Shown piece by piece: positions 37,989 to 48,895 of a DNA stretch of 64,000 nucleotides (position 1 is the stretch's first letter; every line of letters begins with the position of its first letter). Below the pieces are notes generated by a model. The model saw only the letters and a list, made by a program, of their open reading frames with translations, made no database searches and was not told the DNA's origin. The DNA is from Thermoprotei archaeon (GTDB lineage Archaea > Thermoproteota > Thermoprotei > Gearchaeales > WAQG01): positions 34,521 through 98,520 of the forward strand of contig JAVZOV010000004.1 of the NCBI GenBank assembly GCA_038881895.1, given 5' to 3'. A program made the position numbers and the translations under genes.

Positions 37989-39429
37989 AATGCTTCCAAC
38001 ACAACTACTACGTGTACAAATACGCGGAGGATACATTAAACCAGTTTATGCCGAACTATCCCATGAGAATTTATATCTTGCAGAAAAATTAATCAATATA
38101 TTTAAAAGTTTTATTAATAAAAAACTTAAAGAACTAGAAGATGAACTTAACGAAGCTGAAACAATAGCTGAAAGTGAAGGATATAATTATAAATTCATTA
38201 AAGGATTGATAACCTTGCTAAAACGCAGACTAACTATTAAGGAGACAACTCTCTCCTATGATCCCTTATTTATAAGGCTAGAAATCTTTAAAACAGTAAA
38301 TCAGCTTTATAGAGGATTTGCTTTAACACAAGAAGAACGTAAAAACGTAATAGATCTAGTAGCACAAAAGCTTAACATAAACCATGATGATGTAGAAAAC
38401 GGTTTCAGAGCAGTTTATGAAGAAGAAAACACGATCGATAACTTTCAAGAGATATCACCAGAAGAACTCATAAAACTTTACAATCTATCATTGACACAAA
38501 CATTACTTTTTAAATGCACAAATCTTGTTGCAGATATAAAAACAACAGGTCATAAAACCAGGCAAATCTTATGGAGTATAAAAAGAAATGGTCTACTTTA
38601 CATGGCTGAGAAAATTAATGAATCTGTACGCATAACAATAGATGGGCCTGCATCGATAATAAAGCAAACTGAACGCTATGGAACAAACTTAGCTAAAACG
38701 TTACCATTAATAATTTCTGCAGACCATTGGAACATTGAGGCATCAATAATTAGGAAAACCAGATATAAAAATAAACACTTAACTTACAAATTTATAACTA
38801 ATGATACAAACAAACACCTATATCCAGTTCAATTACTAGAAGGCACTGTGATATATGACAGTTCTCTAGAAGAAGATTTTCATAAAAGATTTAACACATT
38901 AAAAAGCGATTGGACTATTATTAGAGAGCCAGAACCATTAGTGGTCGGGACAAAAATATTCATACCAGACTTTGTTTTTATCAGAAATAATGAGAAAATA
39001 TATCTCGAGATCGTAGGATTTTGGACAAAAGAATACATAAAAAGAAAGATAGAGAAAATGAGAGATTTGAAAAATGTAAAAATGATAATAGCAATAGACG
39101 AAAGTATTGACGAATTCAAAACAGAAGAATTACCTCACACAATAATAAAATTTAAACGTTCATTACCATCATACGAAGTACTCAAAACACTTAACTCTTT
39201 ATCTCCAAAAAACATTACCAAAGAAATGACAGAACTAAAAATAACAGGTGAATCGCAATTAATTAATGTTAACTTAGATGGTATGACGCTTTCAGATGCA
39301 ATTGAAGTATTTAAAACACACAACATAAGTGACGCTAATCTTGAAATAATATTAGAGAAACTTGGCTATAAAGTAGAATGGAATACTCTTGACCCTAACA
39401 AGACAATAATACGAAAAATCAAAAAATAA
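37981..39429 (+). CDS. bax1: Bax1-like nuclease partner of XPB (DUF790)
   Basis: Translationally coupled to xpb (8-nt overlap); size and conserved position fit archaeal XPB-Bax1 pairs. Confidence 0.6.
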   Translation: MNKMLPTQLLRVQIRGGYIKPVYAELSHENLYLAEKLINIFKSFINKKLKELEDELNEAETIAESEGYNYKFIKGLITLLKRRLTIKETTLSYDPLFIRLEIFKTVNQLYRGFALTQEERKNVIDLVAQKLNINHDDVENGFRAVYEEENTIDNFQEISPEELIKLYNLSLTQTLLFKCTNLVADIKTTGHKTRQILWSIKRNGLLYMAEKINESVRITIDGPASIIKQTERYGTNLAKTLPLIISADHWNIEASIIRKTRYKNKHLTYKFITNDTNKHLYPVQLLEGTVIYDSSLEEDFHKRFNTLKSDWTIIREPEPLVVGTKIFIPDFVFIRNNEKIYLEIVGFWTKEYIKRKIEKMRDLKNVKMIIAIDESIDEFKTEELPHTIIKFKRSLPSYEVLKTLNSLSPKNITKEMTELKITGESQLINVNLDGMTLSDAIEVFKTHNISDANLEIILEKLGYKVEWNTLDPNKTIIRKIKK

Positions 39430-39492
39430 CTAATATTTCTTTTCTAAATTTTAACTAAATAATTTAGTAACAGATAAGAATATTTTGTATAA

Positions 39493-40287
39493 ATGAAAAT
39501 AATACATGGAATGCTAAAATGTCCATACCTACAACAATTATCATTGGATGATAGCACATGCGTCATCACAAAAACTAAAATAGCTAAAGAGTACCTTGAA
39601 AAATTCTGTTCAAATAATTATGTAAATTGCAAATATTATGAGACCATTAAACTAAACCAAACAGAAAATACCCCAAAGAACACACAATTACGTGAACCTT
39701 TACGTGTAAGAATAATTGACAATTCACGTTCAAAAGAACTCATAAAAAAAGAATCTACAAACATACAGATAGTACCACAAAATCAATCATTAAACATTAA
39801 TATCAACAACATGCTAAATGAGCTCAATAGTGCATGGCATCAATACGAGACAAAAGTAAAAGAAATCATTGAACGTTGGAACACTGAAAAAGAAAAAATT
39901 CTTTCCAGAATATTAAACGAGCGTTCCGGGCTAAATTCAATGTTGGTAAGAGAAGAAGAATTAGAAGGACGAAAAATAATTGGCCTAATAACTGATGAAG
40001 AATACAATACTCTTAAAGCAAAAATTAATGAAGAAAAGAAAATAATAGAAAATAAAATTAAAGAACTCACTGAACATATAATATCTTTTGAAAAAGAATT
40101 AAGCTTACACAGAAAACGTTTAAATTTACCAATAAAACAGGAGGATCTTAATACGTTAAATAAAAAATTAGCTGATCTAGAAAATGCAAAAGAAAAGGGC
40201 ATGATATCTAATACAACTTACGAAAAATTAAAACAAGAAATTACTTTTCGAATAGATTTACTTAAAGAAATATACAAGATGCTTTAG
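39493..40287 (+). CDS. Hypothetical protein: N-terminal Cys-rich segment plus long C-terminal coiled coil
   Basis: CPYLQQ...C...C..NC cysteine pattern followed by a K/E-rich heptad-like region. Confidence 0.4.
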   Translation: MKIIHGMLKCPYLQQLSLDDSTCVITKTKIAKEYLEKFCSNNYVNCKYYETIKLNQTENTPKNTQLREPLRVRIIDNSRSKELIKKESTNIQIVPQNQSLNININNMLNELNSAWHQYETKVKEIIERWNTEKEKILSRILNERSGLNSMLVREEELEGRKIIGLITDEEYNTLKAKINEEKKIIENKIKELTEHIISFEKELSLHRKRLNLPIKQEDLNTLNKKLADLENAKEKGMISNTTYEKLKQEITFRIDLLKEIYKML

Positions 40288-40579
40288 TCAATGGTTTCGG
40301 ATAAATTGGCTTAAATGGATGAGTGCCATACTCTTTTTTGAAAAAACTCTGCTTAGTCGCTTAAGACCTATGGATAATGCCAGCTTCAGATGTGGTAATT
40401 TCCCAAAAGGAATTCCCAATGAAATAATCGAAAAAGAAGAGTTAAGTAGAGACGTAAGAATACACTCTTACAATTGAAAGTCTCCCTTTTAAGGGTGAGA
40501 GGAGGTAGCTTATCAGCAATTCTCAGAGTTCTAGGTTTTCTTGTCAAGCCTTTATAAAAATGAAATGATTTTTTAATAT

Positions 40580-41497
40580 TTAAACATAGTCTAACCATGA
40601 TTCGTACTCTTTAATTTTACCTCTTACTATGTCAAAGTATAATGATTGTAGTTTCTTTGTTATCGAACCTGGTTTTCCTGACCCTATTATTATTCCATCA
40701 ACATTTACTACAGGAGTTATCTCCGCAGCTGTCCCTGTAAGGAAGACCTCATCAGCCATGTAGACATCTGCTAATGTGATTTCACTTTCTGTAGCTTTAT
40801 ATCCTAAGTCAGCTGCAAGTTTCATAACTGTTTTTCTAGTAATTCCAGGAAGCACGCTGGAGTACAATGGTGGGGTAATAATCTCGTCATCACGCACTAT
40901 AAAAATATTCTCGCCAGTACCTTCAGAAATTACACCTCTATAATCAAGCATCAATGCCTCATCGAAACCTACTTCCTTTGCCTCGATCTTAGCTAACACA
41001 GAATTCAAATATTGTCCGGTCGCTTTCGCTTCTAAGGGAAGACTTTGAGGAGGTATTCGTCTCCATGTGGATGTTTTAAGTTTTATACCATTTTCCAATG
41101 CATTTTTTCCTAGATATGCACCCCATTCCCAAGCAGCGACCATAAAAGATACAGGAACATCTGTAGGATCAACTCCCAATTGTTTATATCCACGGAATAC
41201 TAATGGTCTGATATAACATTCTTTTAGTTCATTAATTCTCACAACCTCTTTAATGATATCAAGTATCTGATCACTGCTATATGAAATGTTCATTCTGTAG
41301 ATCTTTGATGAATGTAATAAACGTTTAACGTGATCTTTTCCACGAAATATGGCGGTTTTTCCAGAAACAGTTTCATATGCTCTTATACCCTCAAATACTC
41401 CAGTCCCGTAATGAAGTGCGTGCGTAAGAACATGAATTTTTGCATCGGCCCATGGAATAAACTTACCATCAAGCCAAATATATTTACTTTCCTTCAT
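40580..41497 (-). CDS. ilvE: Branched-chain amino acid aminotransferase (fold-type IV PLP enzyme)
   Basis: Class-IV aminotransferase pattern (GTGVFEGIRAY... EVFLTGTAAEITPV); the likely start is the internal ATG (MKESKYIWLDG). Confidence 0.8.
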   Translation of the reverse strand: MKESKYIWLDGKFIPWADAKIHVLTHALHYGTGVFEGIRAYETVSGKTAIFRGKDHVKRLLHSSKIYRMNISYSSDQILDIIKEVVRINELKECYIRPLVFRGYKQLGVDPTDVPVSFMVAAWEWGAYLGKNALENGIKLKTSTWRRIPPQSLPLEAKATGQYLNSVLAKIEAKEVGFDEALMLDYRGVISEGTGENIFIVRDDEIITPPLYSSVLPGITRKTVMKLAADLGYKATESEITLADVYMADEVFLTGTAAEITPVVNVDGIIIGSGKPGSITKKLQSLYFDIVRGKIKEYESWLDYV

Positions 41498-41597
41498 AAT
41501 GCTTTCACCACAATAAACGTGAAAAATCTTCTTATTAAGTTTGTTTATTAAAAAGAATAACAGAATCATGATAAAAAGACAAGAATCAGTCAACTTA

Positions 41598-42407
41598 TTA
41601 GTTTTTTTCTAATAATTGCTTTACCTCTTCTATGAGTCCGCTGTCTTTTATTGCGAAAAACACGCACTTCGGTATTCCCGTTTTAGGAATCAATTCAGGA
41701 CAGCGTTCTGATATCAATTTATTTTCATCAGAATTAATTAACTCCTTGAGGTCAATGGGTTCTTTTCTGACTTGGTTCTCTGCAAGGAGACATCTTGGTC
41801 CTGCATATTTAAAAAGTCTGGGATGTACCTTCATAACTTCTATCCACATCATCCATGCGACTTGTCTAATTTCCCATTGAGCCTTTGTGCATAATCTCAA
41901 TCCAAAGAAGTTTAGTAATTCTCTTGCATTCATTGTAACGACAATTTTTGAAACAATAGCCTGAGGCAACACATATCTGGCATCTTCTGGTTGAACACCT
42001 AGAGATAAGAGCTTTTCATAAACCTTTCTAGAATACTCTATTGCGTCCTTGTATATTTGCTCTATGTTAGGATCACGCTTTATGAGGGGGGGTGTTATAT
42101 AGTTAAAATATTCACCTTTCATTTCAGCATAGCGCTGGCTTAATTGAGTATAGCTAGCTAATCTATGTCTTACCAATTGATGCGTTAATACTCTGCTCAC
42201 GTTTTCTATATCAAATGTATAGATTGAGTGTTCCCATGGTGACAGATGGCCTCTGATTAATGTTTCTTTGATCCATGTTTCAACTTCTTCATCACTCATT
42301 TTTTGCCACTGATAATCAAAAGGTTTTCTTGATAAACTCTGTTTTGATGCGACTGCAACCAACTTTTCACCATTGTTGGTATAAGAAACTAACTTCACAC
42401 TCACCAT
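41598..42407 (-). CDS. thyX: Flavin-dependent thymidylate synthase
   Basis: ThyX signature RHRLASYTQLSQRY (RHR-x7-S-x-R). Confidence 0.8.
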   Translation of the reverse strand: MVSVKLVSYTNNGEKLVAVASKQSLSRKPFDYQWQKMSDEEVETWIKETLIRGHLSPWEHSIYTFDIENVSRVLTHQLVRHRLASYTQLSQRYAEMKGEYFNYITPPLIKRDPNIEQIYKDAIEYSRKVYEKLLSLGVQPEDARYVLPQAIVSKIVVTMNARELLNFFGLRLCTKAQWEIRQVAWMMWIEVMKVHPRLFKYAGPRCLLAENQVRKEPIDLKELINSDENKLISERCPELIPKTGIPKCVFFAIKDSGLIEEVKQLLEKN

Positions 42408-42499
42408 TCATATTCAATAATATACTCTTCATCTAATATTAAAATTTATATCTATTTTAGAGGAATACATGAAATATTCGAAATAAAGCTAGAAATAGC

Positions 42500-44722
42500 T
42501 CAAACCAGCATCCTCTCAAATGTTGATGGTAATGGTTCTAGTACTTTTAGTTTCTTGGAAGCCACTCCTTCAAGCACCTTTAGCGCATTTTTCCTAGATA
42601 AAATATGATTATTATTTCCACAATAAGGAGAGTATACACAACGTGGACAACCATCTTCACAATCACACGTTGAGATTATTTGAAACGTACGTTGAAAGAC
42701 CAAATCAAATCTTTTCATTAATAATTTTGAAAGCCCTGATCCGCCTTGTACACCATCATAAATCACTATTAATCCATCAGGATTACTTATTCCACCTAGC
42801 TCTCCTGATCCAGCTCCGATAATCATTTGGGCAGAAGATATAAGAGTATGTTCTATTGCATGAAACGCTTCACCATTCATTAGATCACTCCAGTCATTAT
42901 AGCCTTGCAACCTTAATATTAGACCCTTTGTTTTAAACCTGTAGTTAACTGGATGTTCAAGAATTTTTTCATTTATAATTTCATTGGTTACCATGCGTTT
43001 TATTACATATCCATGAACATTATTCTCTATCTCCATTTTTCCATAAAGTATCTTTCCATCCAAAAATGTGCTTTCATCTAGAGGTTTGAAATTAACTGGA
43101 AAACTTGATTTTAAAGGAAGAGTATAAAAACTAAAATCGTATGGAAGCTGTGTGACTAATGCCCTGTATGGTTTACTAGATATATTAAGTTCAATAACCT
43201 TGTAAATACGGCCACCATGAAAATATACAGCCTCTGGATGAAGCTCCCCCAATGCCATCGGTAATTCTCTATCTCCAATTTCTTGATTATTTTCATTAAT
43301 TATAATTACCCTATCACCTGCACCCCTAATACTAGTTTTATAAAATATCCTCTTACCATCAGGTGTTGGATAATAATTCTTGCCTCGTTTTATTAACAGA
43401 CCATCACTGACTAGACTATCAACTATTTCTTTATTAAATAGTCTATCATCTTCTCTCAATGACTTATCAATAGAGGCAGAGAGAATTTGATGTCTCTGGA
43501 CATCCTCATTGGTGAGATCCAATGGTAATTCATCAGGAGCTTGATAATAATACTCGTGAGGTTTACGAGCATAATAGGAACTAATAGGATCCTCACCAAG
43601 AACCATTATTACATATCCCTCATCATGCCTTCCACATCTTCCAGCTCTATGTATATATCTGGTGTAAGTTGGCGGTATGCCATCTAAGACTACAGCATCG
43701 AGATCACCAATATCTATACCAAGCTCCAATGTAGGAGTAGATATGACAGCCATTAACTCACCAGTCCTTAACATACGCTCAACTTTACTCCTCTCAATCC
43801 TTGATAGTCCTGCCCTATGCACACCAACGTTAATACCGTACTTTCTTGACAAAAAAGCAAGGTATTCAACAGTTCTATGACTATCACCAAAAACCAACGT
43901 CTTTAAACCAAGGTTAACAAGATTTTTTACAATACGCAAAACCTCAATATGCTTAGAAACCTCATCAGACTTTACCATCACATGCATAAGCCTCCCTTTC
44001 CTTCCATAACTCTCCACAACAGAAATAGAGCGATCAAATAACATTGATGCAAATGACTGCGCATTACCTATAGTTGCTGTAGAACCTATAAACTGTATCT
44101 CATTAAACAAACGAGCTAGTCGACGAATCAAATACGCTACATGAGCACCAAACACTCCATTATAGACGTGCATCTCATCAAAGACAACAAACTTCAAATT
44201 AGAAATAATCTCCCTAAACCTAGGTATCGATAAGGAAAAATGTATCATGTCAGGATTAGAAAGTAATACTTTCGGAGGCTTAGCAAATAACTTTTTTCTC
44301 TCAGATTCTGTAGTATCGCCATCATAGATCCCAACATTAAGACCTAACGATCTTGATGTATAAAACTGAACTCTATGTAACTGGTCAGCAGTTAACGCCT
44401 TGGTAGGATAAAGTATAAGAGCGTTCACACCTGGCTCACTCTCTCTTATCACTCTGTTTAGGATAGGTATAAGAAAAGCCTCTGTCTTACCCATACCAGT
44501 ACCACTCACTATCACTACATCATGACCCCTATCAATTAACTGCATACTTCGCAATTGAAACTCATAAAGATGTTTAATACCTTTAACTCTTAACGCAACC
44601 TTTAACGATTCATCTATATCAATATCATCTATAGAAGGCCCTAGTTCAGGGCCTTTTGGCTCCTCAATCCACGAATATATCACACTTTTGTTGAGCCTAA
44701 GCTCTTTAATTATATCAAACAT
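42500..44722 (-). CDS. DEAD/DEAH-box helicase with C-terminal DUF1998 zinc-binding domain (YprA/MrfA-like)
   Basis: Walker A SGTGMGKTEAF, DEAD-type Walker B FDEMH, helicase C-domain HRAGRCGR, C-terminal CDCEDGCPRCV...C cluster. Confidence 0.75.
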   Translation of the reverse strand: MFDIIKELRLNKSVIYSWIEEPKGPELGPSIDDIDIDESLKVALRVKGIKHLYEFQLRSMQLIDRGHDVVIVSGTGMGKTEAFLIPILNRVIRESEPGVNALILYPTKALTADQLHRVQFYTSRSLGLNVGIYDGDTTESERKKLFAKPPKVLLSNPDMIHFSLSIPRFREIISNLKFVVFDEMHVYNGVFGAHVAYLIRRLARLFNEIQFIGSTATIGNAQSFASMLFDRSISVVESYGRKGRLMHVMVKSDEVSKHIEVLRIVKNLVNLGLKTLVFGDSHRTVEYLAFLSRKYGINVGVHRAGLSRIERSKVERMLRTGELMAVISTPTLELGIDIGDLDAVVLDGIPPTYTRYIHRAGRCGRHDEGYVIMVLGEDPISSYYARKPHEYYYQAPDELPLDLTNEDVQRHQILSASIDKSLREDDRLFNKEIVDSLVSDGLLIKRGKNYYPTPDGKRIFYKTSIRGAGDRVIIINENNQEIGDRELPMALGELHPEAVYFHGGRIYKVIELNISSKPYRALVTQLPYDFSFYTLPLKSSFPVNFKPLDESTFLDGKILYGKMEIENNVHGYVIKRMVTNEIINEKILEHPVNYRFKTKGLILRLQGYNDWSDLMNGEAFHAIEHTLISSAQMIIGAGSGELGGISNPDGLIVIYDGVQGGSGLSKLLMKRFDLVFQRTFQIISTCDCEDGCPRCVYSPYCGNNNHILSRKNALKVLEGVASKKLKVLEPLPSTFERMLV

Positions 44723-44902
44723 GTACCACTATTAATACTATAAAACACCTAAATAACTATTATTCATGATCCATTACTCATAAACAATTAATGTTCTATA
44801 AAATTAGAAGTTCTAGGTTCTATTTTCCTAAAACAATAGTTCTAGAATCCTGTAACAATGTGAATTTAAACATGAAAATCTAAATAATAGTGGTGCAGAA
44901 AA

Positions 44903-46624
44903 ATGAAAAACCTTATGTATAAAATATCGGCATTAATAATGTTAATAATAATATTAGCGCCAATAACATTCGCTGCAACCACTACAACAACACAACCAAC
45001 CGTTACTCAACAAAAATACTACTTTGAAAAATATGGCTGGAAAATATTCACGAATGGCATAATAACTATTCTCATAGTGGGGAATGGCACAAAGCCTATG
45101 TTTATATGGTGGTACAATAAAGACAATTCAACGGCCTATGTATTCAAATATAATGGACTAGCAGAAGTTTGGCTACCTGTATCGAAATTCAAGCACACAC
45201 TCATCTTCAACGATAACGAAGACTACCAAAAACAATTAGATAACCTATTAAGAAATTCTACAAAAGAGGGCAAATCATTAAAGGATCAGTTCAAAGATAT
45301 AATTGACAAATTAAAAGAAGTGCTGAACCTTAAATTAGTGGAAGACGGAAAAGTAAACCTCGATGAAGTGGACAAAGCCATCTCAATCATCAAGGAACTT
45401 AAAAATGACATCAATAATCTAACTTTCGATGAAACAAAGACTCAAATAATAGAAAAACTCAATAGTATCGAACAGCAATTACAGGATCTAAAGAATAATC
45501 CGCAGGTACAAAACGCAATGAAGATAAAAACAGGCATCGTGCAAGTCTTTAATGATCTATTAAAGATGTTTACTGAATATCTTAGTAGAACAATAAGAGC
45601 CTTTGAAATGATCATGCGCGCTATTAAGCATCCGTTCTACCTTCCATTTGATAGTACAGGATGGTCTCTCATAGGACCCCGAAACATTACAGATAATAAA
45701 GGAAACGTAATAGGTGTGCAGTTCACCTTCAATCTAACAAAAGTTCATAACGAACGTTTTAAGTTTGCAGAGGGAAACATCCTCATAAGAAACACGCTCT
45801 ATTTTGTTCCAGTTCAAGTGAAAATTAATAACACAACTATGAACATGACAAGAGCAGAGATGAAAAGCGATATAATAATAAAGCATTGGAACTGGAATTT
45901 CTACGATGCATTGAAAGGAGGACATGAGAATAAGACAATAGAACCTTTTATAATAAGTATTCTGAGCAACCTTTCTCCAAGGTTAGTGCTTATAGCACAT
46001 TTCACAGCACCAAACATGACAAAAGACCCTTATGAAGCCTTCAGGGTGTTATTAAAGGCCGGTGGGGAAGATGAATTAGAGATCGAGAATGGAGAAGTTG
46101 AAACTCATGGTGTTCATGGTTTAAAGCTTGGTGTGAATATGGAGGACGATACAGAAATTAATGAACATGAAATTAACCGTGTTGAAATGCCAGGATTAGT
46201 TATTAAAAGTAGTGAAGGATTAATCGGTGGTTTCTTTAGATTTGTTCCTAATGCGACTGTAACTTACCTGAATGGTACTAAAGAAACAGTACCAGTAAAA
46301 GGATATTTCATATTACATGGAAAACACGTAACAACGTTCTTAGTGTATCCATACTTTAATAATGGCACTTTAGAGCATGATCCATCAATAGGTATCACGG
46401 CCCCAGACATAACACAGGAACAACCAGTGTATCAGGTAAGTGTGTCAACAGGAGGACAGACAACAATAACACCAATATCAACCTCAAGTACATCTTCTAC
46501 TGTCAGCACCTCTAGTGCGGTAACATTAATGCCTCAACAGAATTATTTTACTATGGCATTAGTAATAACAATAGCACTATTAATTGTGATATTTCTAGTA
46601 TTGCGTAAAAGGAATAATGTTTAA
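44903..46624 (+). CDS. Putative extracellular glycoprotein with signal peptide, Thr/Ser-rich stalk and C-terminal membrane anchor
   Basis: N-terminal hydrophobic signal, many N-x-S/T sequons, TSSTSSTVSTSS linker and C-terminal TM helix + basic tail. Confidence 0.5.
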   Translation: MKNLMYKISALIMLIIILAPITFAATTTTTQPTVTQQKYYFEKYGWKIFTNGIITILIVGNGTKPMFIWWYNKDNSTAYVFKYNGLAEVWLPVSKFKHTLIFNDNEDYQKQLDNLLRNSTKEGKSLKDQFKDIIDKLKEVLNLKLVEDGKVNLDEVDKAISIIKELKNDINNLTFDETKTQIIEKLNSIEQQLQDLKNNPQVQNAMKIKTGIVQVFNDLLKMFTEYLSRTIRAFEMIMRAIKHPFYLPFDSTGWSLIGPRNITDNKGNVIGVQFTFNLTKVHNERFKFAEGNILIRNTLYFVPVQVKINNTTMNMTRAEMKSDIIIKHWNWNFYDALKGGHENKTIEPFIISILSNLSPRLVLIAHFTAPNMTKDPYEAFRVLLKAGGEDELEIENGEVETHGVHGLKLGVNMEDDTEINEHEINRVEMPGLVIKSSEGLIGGFFRFVPNATVTYLNGTKETVPVKGYFILHGKHVTTFLVYPYFNNGTLEHDPSIGITAPDITQEQPVYQVSVSTGGQTTITPISTSSTSSTVSTSSAVTLMPQQNYFTMALVITIALLIVIFLVLRKRNNV

Positions 46625-46634
46625 ATAAAAAAAT

Positions 46635-47498
46635 TTATTTTTTTATTCCTAACACTCCTTGTATTTCATACAATTTTTTGATTGAAAATCCGATTGATTT
46701 TAAACGTTCTGATATGCCTTTAATTAAGTTGACTCCTCGCTTTTCACCAGGAGCTCCTATATAATGAAAAATGACACCTCTTGGTTTTAGAACTCTATAA
46801 AATTCTTTATATAGTTCTTTGCTGTAAAGTTCTCCCGCTAACTTCATGCGTGGCGGATCATGAATTATTCTATCAAAATATCCATCTTTTAGGTAACTGA
46901 TAGCGTTTTTCGCATCATCTAGTATTATGGTAATTTTTTTGTCGGTCAGTTTCCATGACCATGGATTGTATTCGGCAATTTTAAGTACTGAAGGATTTTT
47001 TTCTATTGTTATAACTTTCGATGCTCCAAAGTTAAGTGCATGTATTGCTGTATATCCTAATCCTGTGCACACATCAAGCACCGTTTTATTTTTTAATGGC
47101 AGTATTGACATCACTTTTGATGTACTATCTCTCCACGGTGTTGTATCTTTTATCCTATGCATATGTATACCATTTATTTCTAAAGTAGGAGCTGTATTAG
47201 GTGAAACATTCCTTAACTTTAGATACATATTATCATCAAACCATGCAATTTTCACTAGTTTATTATTAGCTATCATGTATATTTCAGTAGTCTTATTTAC
47301 TATTCTTTTTAGTTCATCCTTGCTTAAAATCTGGGAATTGGGAAATTGTACATGAGCATCACCTACGATGACTTCTGTGGTCGTTAAGCCTATATCTAGC
47401 GACACTCTAGTTTTACGATTTTTAGATTCTAACAGATGCTTTGCAGTGTGAGAGGTTATTAATGGATAATATTTGGGTTTAAAAAGGTAGATCCTCAT
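46635..47498 (-). CDS. Class I SAM-dependent methyltransferase (putative RNA methyltransferase, DPPR motif)
   Basis: Motif I VLDVCTGLGYTAI and motif IV IIHDPPR in a Rossmann-fold arrangement, with an N-terminal extension domain. Confidence 0.5.
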   Translation of the reverse strand: MRIYLFKPKYYPLITSHTAKHLLESKNRKTRVSLDIGLTTTEVIVGDAHVQFPNSQILSKDELKRIVNKTTEIYMIANNKLVKIAWFDDNMYLKLRNVSPNTAPTLEINGIHMHRIKDTTPWRDSTSKVMSILPLKNKTVLDVCTGLGYTAIHALNFGASKVITIEKNPSVLKIAEYNPWSWKLTDKKITIILDDAKNAISYLKDGYFDRIIHDPPRMKLAGELYSKELYKEFYRVLKPRGVIFHYIGAPGEKRGVNLIKGISERLKSIGFSIKKLYEIQGVLGIKK

Positions 47499-47499
47499 T

Positions 47500-48750
47500 T
47501 CATATACTATCTACTGATTCCATCAGTATAGCATAAACTTTAGTCATATTTATTACGTCATCTATATAAACATACTCATTAACAGTATGAACAGTTTCAG
47601 ATCCAGGACCGAGCAAAATAGTAGGTATGCCTGCTTTTCTTAAATAGTGAGCATCACTTGAAGTATGAGTAACCAAAGGACTAGGTTCATAATTATATAC
47701 CTTATTAAACGCTTCTGATGCTATTTTTACTATCGGTGAATCGGAATTGGTCATACTAGGTTCTGCAATCCCAACTATATGATATTTTGCATTGTATTTT
47801 TTCAGAACATTCAAAATAACATCAACAGACAATCCTATTGGTATTCTTATATCTAAACCAACCATGCATTCATCCGGAACTATGTTTATGGAACTACCTC
47901 CTTTTATAAAACCTATGTTAAGAGTTGTATTAAGTATTGATTCTATAAGAGCTTCGCGTGATATACCTAAAGCATTAGCGTAATTTTCAAGAAATGAAGT
48001 GGACGATTTTAATAACTCATTAACACTCCTATTCACTTCATGAATCTCACCTAATTGTTCTCTCAAATCATAAATGATCGTTATAACCTCTTCTATTGCG
48101 TTAAGACCAGCTATAGGTAAGCTTCCATGAACAGCTTTTCCTTTAACTGCTAAATGTAGCCAAATAAAGCCTTTCTCACCCACTACTATTGAGAAACCAG
48201 TTTTCTGAGAACCAGTCGGTTCACCAACTATAGCATACTTGCCCTTCAATAACCCATTTGAAACCAAATAACCAGTACCATTAGTACCACCAGCTTCTTT
48301 ATCCGATGTTAACGCTATGGTAATACCGCTTTTTGGCTTAAATCCATTCTCTATTAAAGCATACAAAGCATAGAGAAATGCAGAAACAGCACCTTTCATG
48401 TCAGCAGCACCCCGTCCATAAAGCTTATCATCAGATCTTGTTGCAGAGAATGGTCCATATTTCCATTGAGACTGATCACCTACTGAAAACACATCGAGAT
48501 GCCCGAGAAAAATAAGCCCGTTCTCAGGCTTCTCACCATACGATATAATAATATTATTAAACTTATCCTTAGAAAAATTCACATCATAATCAAGACCACG
48601 TTCCTTTAACCACTTCTCTATAACCTGAATAACTTTTAATGTACTGCCACGGGGATCATCACCAGATTTTATAAGCTTAGCCGCAAGACCGTGAATATTT
48701 TCACGTTCCTTACTAATCATTTTTAAAGTTTTTGAAATTACACCAGTCAT
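47500..48750 (-). CDS. M20-family metallopeptidase/deacylase (ArgE/DapE/LysK-type)
   Basis: GHLDVF...GRGAADMKG metal-binding motifs; dimerisation-domain insertion. Confidence 0.75.
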   Translation of the reverse strand: MTGVISKTLKMISKERENIHGLAAKLIKSGDDPRGSTLKVIQVIEKWLKERGLDYDVNFSKDKFNNIIISYGEKPENGLIFLGHLDVFSVGDQSQWKYGPFSATRSDDKLYGRGAADMKGAVSAFLYALYALIENGFKPKSGITIALTSDKEAGGTNGTGYLVSNGLLKGKYAIVGEPTGSQKTGFSIVVGEKGFIWLHLAVKGKAVHGSLPIAGLNAIEEVITIIYDLREQLGEIHEVNRSVNELLKSSTSFLENYANALGISREALIESILNTTLNIGFIKGGSSINIVPDECMVGLDIRIPIGLSVDVILNVLKKYNAKYHIVGIAEPSMTNSDSPIVKIASEAFNKVYNYEPSPLVTHTSSDAHYLRKAGIPTILLGPGSETVHTVNEYVYIDDVINMTKVYAILMESVDSI

Positions 48751-48895
48751 CTCGCTTTATTTATAAATATCGTTAATATAAGTTTAATGATTAAAAACGA
48801 GTAACAATATACAGCATACTGTCAGAAGAATATTAGGAAATAAATATACCTGTTTCTTAATTCAAAGTGAATCAGGAACTCAGAGTGACCAGATA

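Noticed and set aside
40288-40579. Possible structured ncRNA (SRP RNA or RNase P RNA) in the 290-bp convergent intergenic region
   Set aside because: No conserved SRP or RNase P motifs were recognisable; the region is more simply explained as 3' UTR/terminator sequence for two convergent genes.
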